This document shows positions 60,901 to 64,000 of a stretch of DNA of 64,000 nucleotides, one piece after another. The DNA is from Epiperipatus broadwayi. Lineage: Eukaryota > Animalia > Onychophora. The DNA lies in contig JAQFVV010000005.1 of NCBI GenBank assembly GCA_028023455.1, positions 7,812,001 to 7,876,000 of the forward strand. The letters are read 5' to 3'. The translations under genes and the position numbers were made by a program. The first letter of the stretch is position 1, and each line of letters starts with the position of its first letter. The notes below the pieces were generated by a model. It had not been told where the DNA came from. It made no database searches and was given only the letters and a program-made list of their open reading frames with translations.

Positions 60901-63900
60901 TGTAGCTGAAATATCTTGCACAGGGAAGATTGGAGTATCTGGGCTAGATGCATTGCGTTAGGCATGGTTTACTAACTTTTGCTATGCTGGCAATTTCAGT
61001 TAGAATTAACTTCGGAAAGTGATCCAGTGTGCTTAATTTATTGTTTAGGGACACATTTTATAATTACACTATACTTTTAAATAATTAGGTCAGAAGATGG
61101 TAACCACCGAAGAGTATAACTTGCCCCCCCCCCCAAAAAAAAATGAAGCAAAATTTTAATTACATGCAAACATGACAAAAACAGTTTAGAGAAGAGCCCT
61201 TTCCCTTAATATATCGTCCCTTTTATAAACTTTGATTGTCCATCATCCTCCGACCTACCTACTTAATCTTTGACCCTTGTTATTATGTCCTAATTGACTC
61301 ATCAAACATAATTTTGACAATAATTGTTCACAACATGGCCTACCCCATGTAGTGTGCTTGAAATTTTTCCCACTTTAAGTAAAAAAAAAAAGAATAAATT
61401 TAGAGAAAAAAATTTTACAATCAAAAGAATAGACTAAAATTTTGATTTAAAATTCTTGAATGACTATAATTATTGATTGACTTAAAACTGATATGAAACA
61501 ATTGTTCTCTCAATCCCTTTTCCAATGATATATTGCATATATAAAAATTGGTAATTGTTTCTATAATTAAAATTTTATATATCGCACACATGCACATTTA
61601 TTAATTTTCACTATCTACTTGTAGCGAATTTCAAATAGCCTTAAACCTATTTCATAGTTTTTTAAAATTTTATAGCTATCCCACCTAAATTAAATATTAA
61701 ACAAGTGTTATTACAAGTAAGTTAAATTTCCCAACCTTTTCATATATTAAACTTTCACTTTTCAATAATATTATTTGTCTAATTCAGTACTTAAACCTTT
61801 GTAAATAAACATTCTCAATTTTGCTGTACGTGGGAGCCTTATCCCCCTTCCACACACTTAATACATGTATACATTAGACTTCAATAAATTAAAGACATTT
61901 TTATTTATATGTCTCACAACTGCTATATGAAATTTTAATTTCTTAAAAAAAATCTATTCAGTTTTATTTGATCTGCAATTCTTCCATGAAAAAAAAAGTT
62001 CAAACTGTTCAAAACCAGCATTGTGCTCAACTCATCGATCTTTGGTTTCTTCGATCCAAACCAAACATCACAATATATATTATAAATATAATTGATATTT
62101 ATTAATTTTTTTTTTTTAATTTAATTTAAACTAAATAAACCTGTCTGATTATTGTTCAGTTGTGCAAACAAATTTATTGCTTAATAATATTCGAGTAAGA
62201 ACAGATAAACTGTCTATATCATAAAATTTATTTGAAATAACTATATCTCATAATACAGAAATCAAATTCCAGTATTAGTAGATGAGTATCGTTATATTTT
62301 TTTTTTTGTATTGAATTCTAGTTATATCTGATTAGATATAATTATCAATTAGATAAGTACTATATTGAGTTCATGGTTGATCATTAAGATCTAAATCTTA
62401 CTCAATTATAAAGTTGATAGTATATTTTGTTCTGTCATAAGTCAGAATGATTTGCTTTATTTATATTTAAATGTAATTGTTGTGGATCAATCCAATTAAC
62501 ATAAATTTTAATATTCATACTCGATTATAATAAACGCTAATCATTCTTTTATGTTTTAATTGTTATAAGATACAATTTTAATAATTCAATTACAGCAAAT
62601 TTAAAAGAAACATGATTAGTTATTGTACTTAAGTAAATATCTAATATAAGTCTACTGTTTTTTTTATATACTGGTATGATTGTAGGATACTATAGATTTA
62701 AGATTATCTAATAGGTTCAATGATATGGTCCCTATCTTCATATTTTTCAGACGCTTATTTCTAAGGTTACAGCCTTAGTAAATTATTACTTAATATAATA
62801 ATGGGCGTTTAATAAAATTTATAATTACAACTTTAATTAGTAAGAGTAAAGTCAACATAAGAATATAGCATGGCTGAGTTAGTATCATTTATTATTTATC
62901 ATTTTATTGTCTTTTATCTCGTTATAAATAGTGTGGATAGTAATGGTAAATTAACATGAGTATAGTATGGCTAAGTCAGTGTTATTTATAATTTTATTAA
63001 ACTAGAATTTAAAATTAATTATTGGGTCATATATCTATTTGGATATTATGAACATTGTAAACTTATAGGTCATAATAAAGCTGTTATCTCATTCATGAAT
63101 TATTTTATTTAAATATGGACATCTTTAAATTTTATTATAAGTTTGTATTTTTATAAGCAATGTTTGATTAGATGGATATATTAGAATTTAGTTGCTTAAT
63201 GATTTATCATTATTTTTATTTGATTGTAAATGAAATATATGTTAAACATATATCATTTGTTTTGGCGCAATGATATTTGATTTAATTGCCTTATTTTAAT
63301 CTATTTTAAGTAAAGTTTGTATTTAAGGTATTTGAAGCAATGATTTTGTTCTGGTTATTGTAAATGCTGTCTGAACTCGTGATGCTATAATAGGGAAATC
63401 ATCATTGTTTTGTTTTATTATAATTAACAGTCGGATGTATAATTAAATAAATGGTTACATTAAATACTGAATAATTAGTTATTGATTGGCATTCATTTAG
63501 TTTAGTATATTATATTTGTTATGAACAATATTATTTTCAGACATTACAAAATTAGTATTATTTTTATTTGATTTACATTTTATTCAGTTATAAATGATGT
63601 CCAACTTCAGGGATCATTTTCATCTTGTTACATAGGGTGACCAATGACAGCTATATTTTATTCAGGTTATATTAGTTATTATTTCTTATTGCATATTTTC
63701 AATCTGTTATAAATGCCACCTAAATGATTGGAACTATAACAAACATTAGCATACATATACATTTATTTTATTACAAATGACACCGTAATTTGCAGGACAT
63801 AATTAAACAGGATCACTTTTCTATGGTTTTATCATATCTGATTTGTAACAAATGTGGTGTTTTAAAAGAATATACCCTCATTTTATCCTATTACAAATAG

Positions 63901-64000
63901 CACTCTAACTTTATGGATAGTAATAAGGGTTATTTCATTATCATTTTTTCATGACAGTAATAAAATGCTGCCTAAACCTGTAGGATAACTTTTTATTCCA

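Noticed and set aside
63200-63420. Possible Helitron helicase C-terminus (FPII...TAFTITRTKS on the minus strand)
   Set aside because: Only a loose match to AFAMTINKSQG, with no supporting upstream motifs.

Overview
Very AT-rich (roughly 25% GC by eye), mostly CpG-depleted eukaryotic DNA, probably from an invertebrate animal; no prokaryotic genes, rRNA, intact tRNA or CRISPR were seen. The only long intact host-type ORFs are two paralogous tandem C2H2 zinc-finger genes (9892-11118 minus; 52629-54653 plus). They point away from each other, and each is preceded by a decayed finger array. The rest is largely transposon debris: a Penelope-like (RT + GIY-YIG) relic, several APE-RT LINEs (an RTE, a Tx1/L1-like element and a family with a duplicated 3' end), a decayed Ty3/Gypsy element, several hAT relics and a possible piggyBac relic. 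The most striking signal is a set of short non-coding mobile elements carrying minimal type I hammerhead ribozymes in three sequence families. Five insertions are head-to-head fold-backs bounded by 10-15 bp target-site duplications. The youngest (31.67-32.75 kb) has two intact catalytic cores and a tandem copy whose cleavage site lies 455 nt downstream, which is the layout of a Penelope-dependent, retrozyme-like element. All motif calls were made by manual reading and translation; no search or folding program was run.
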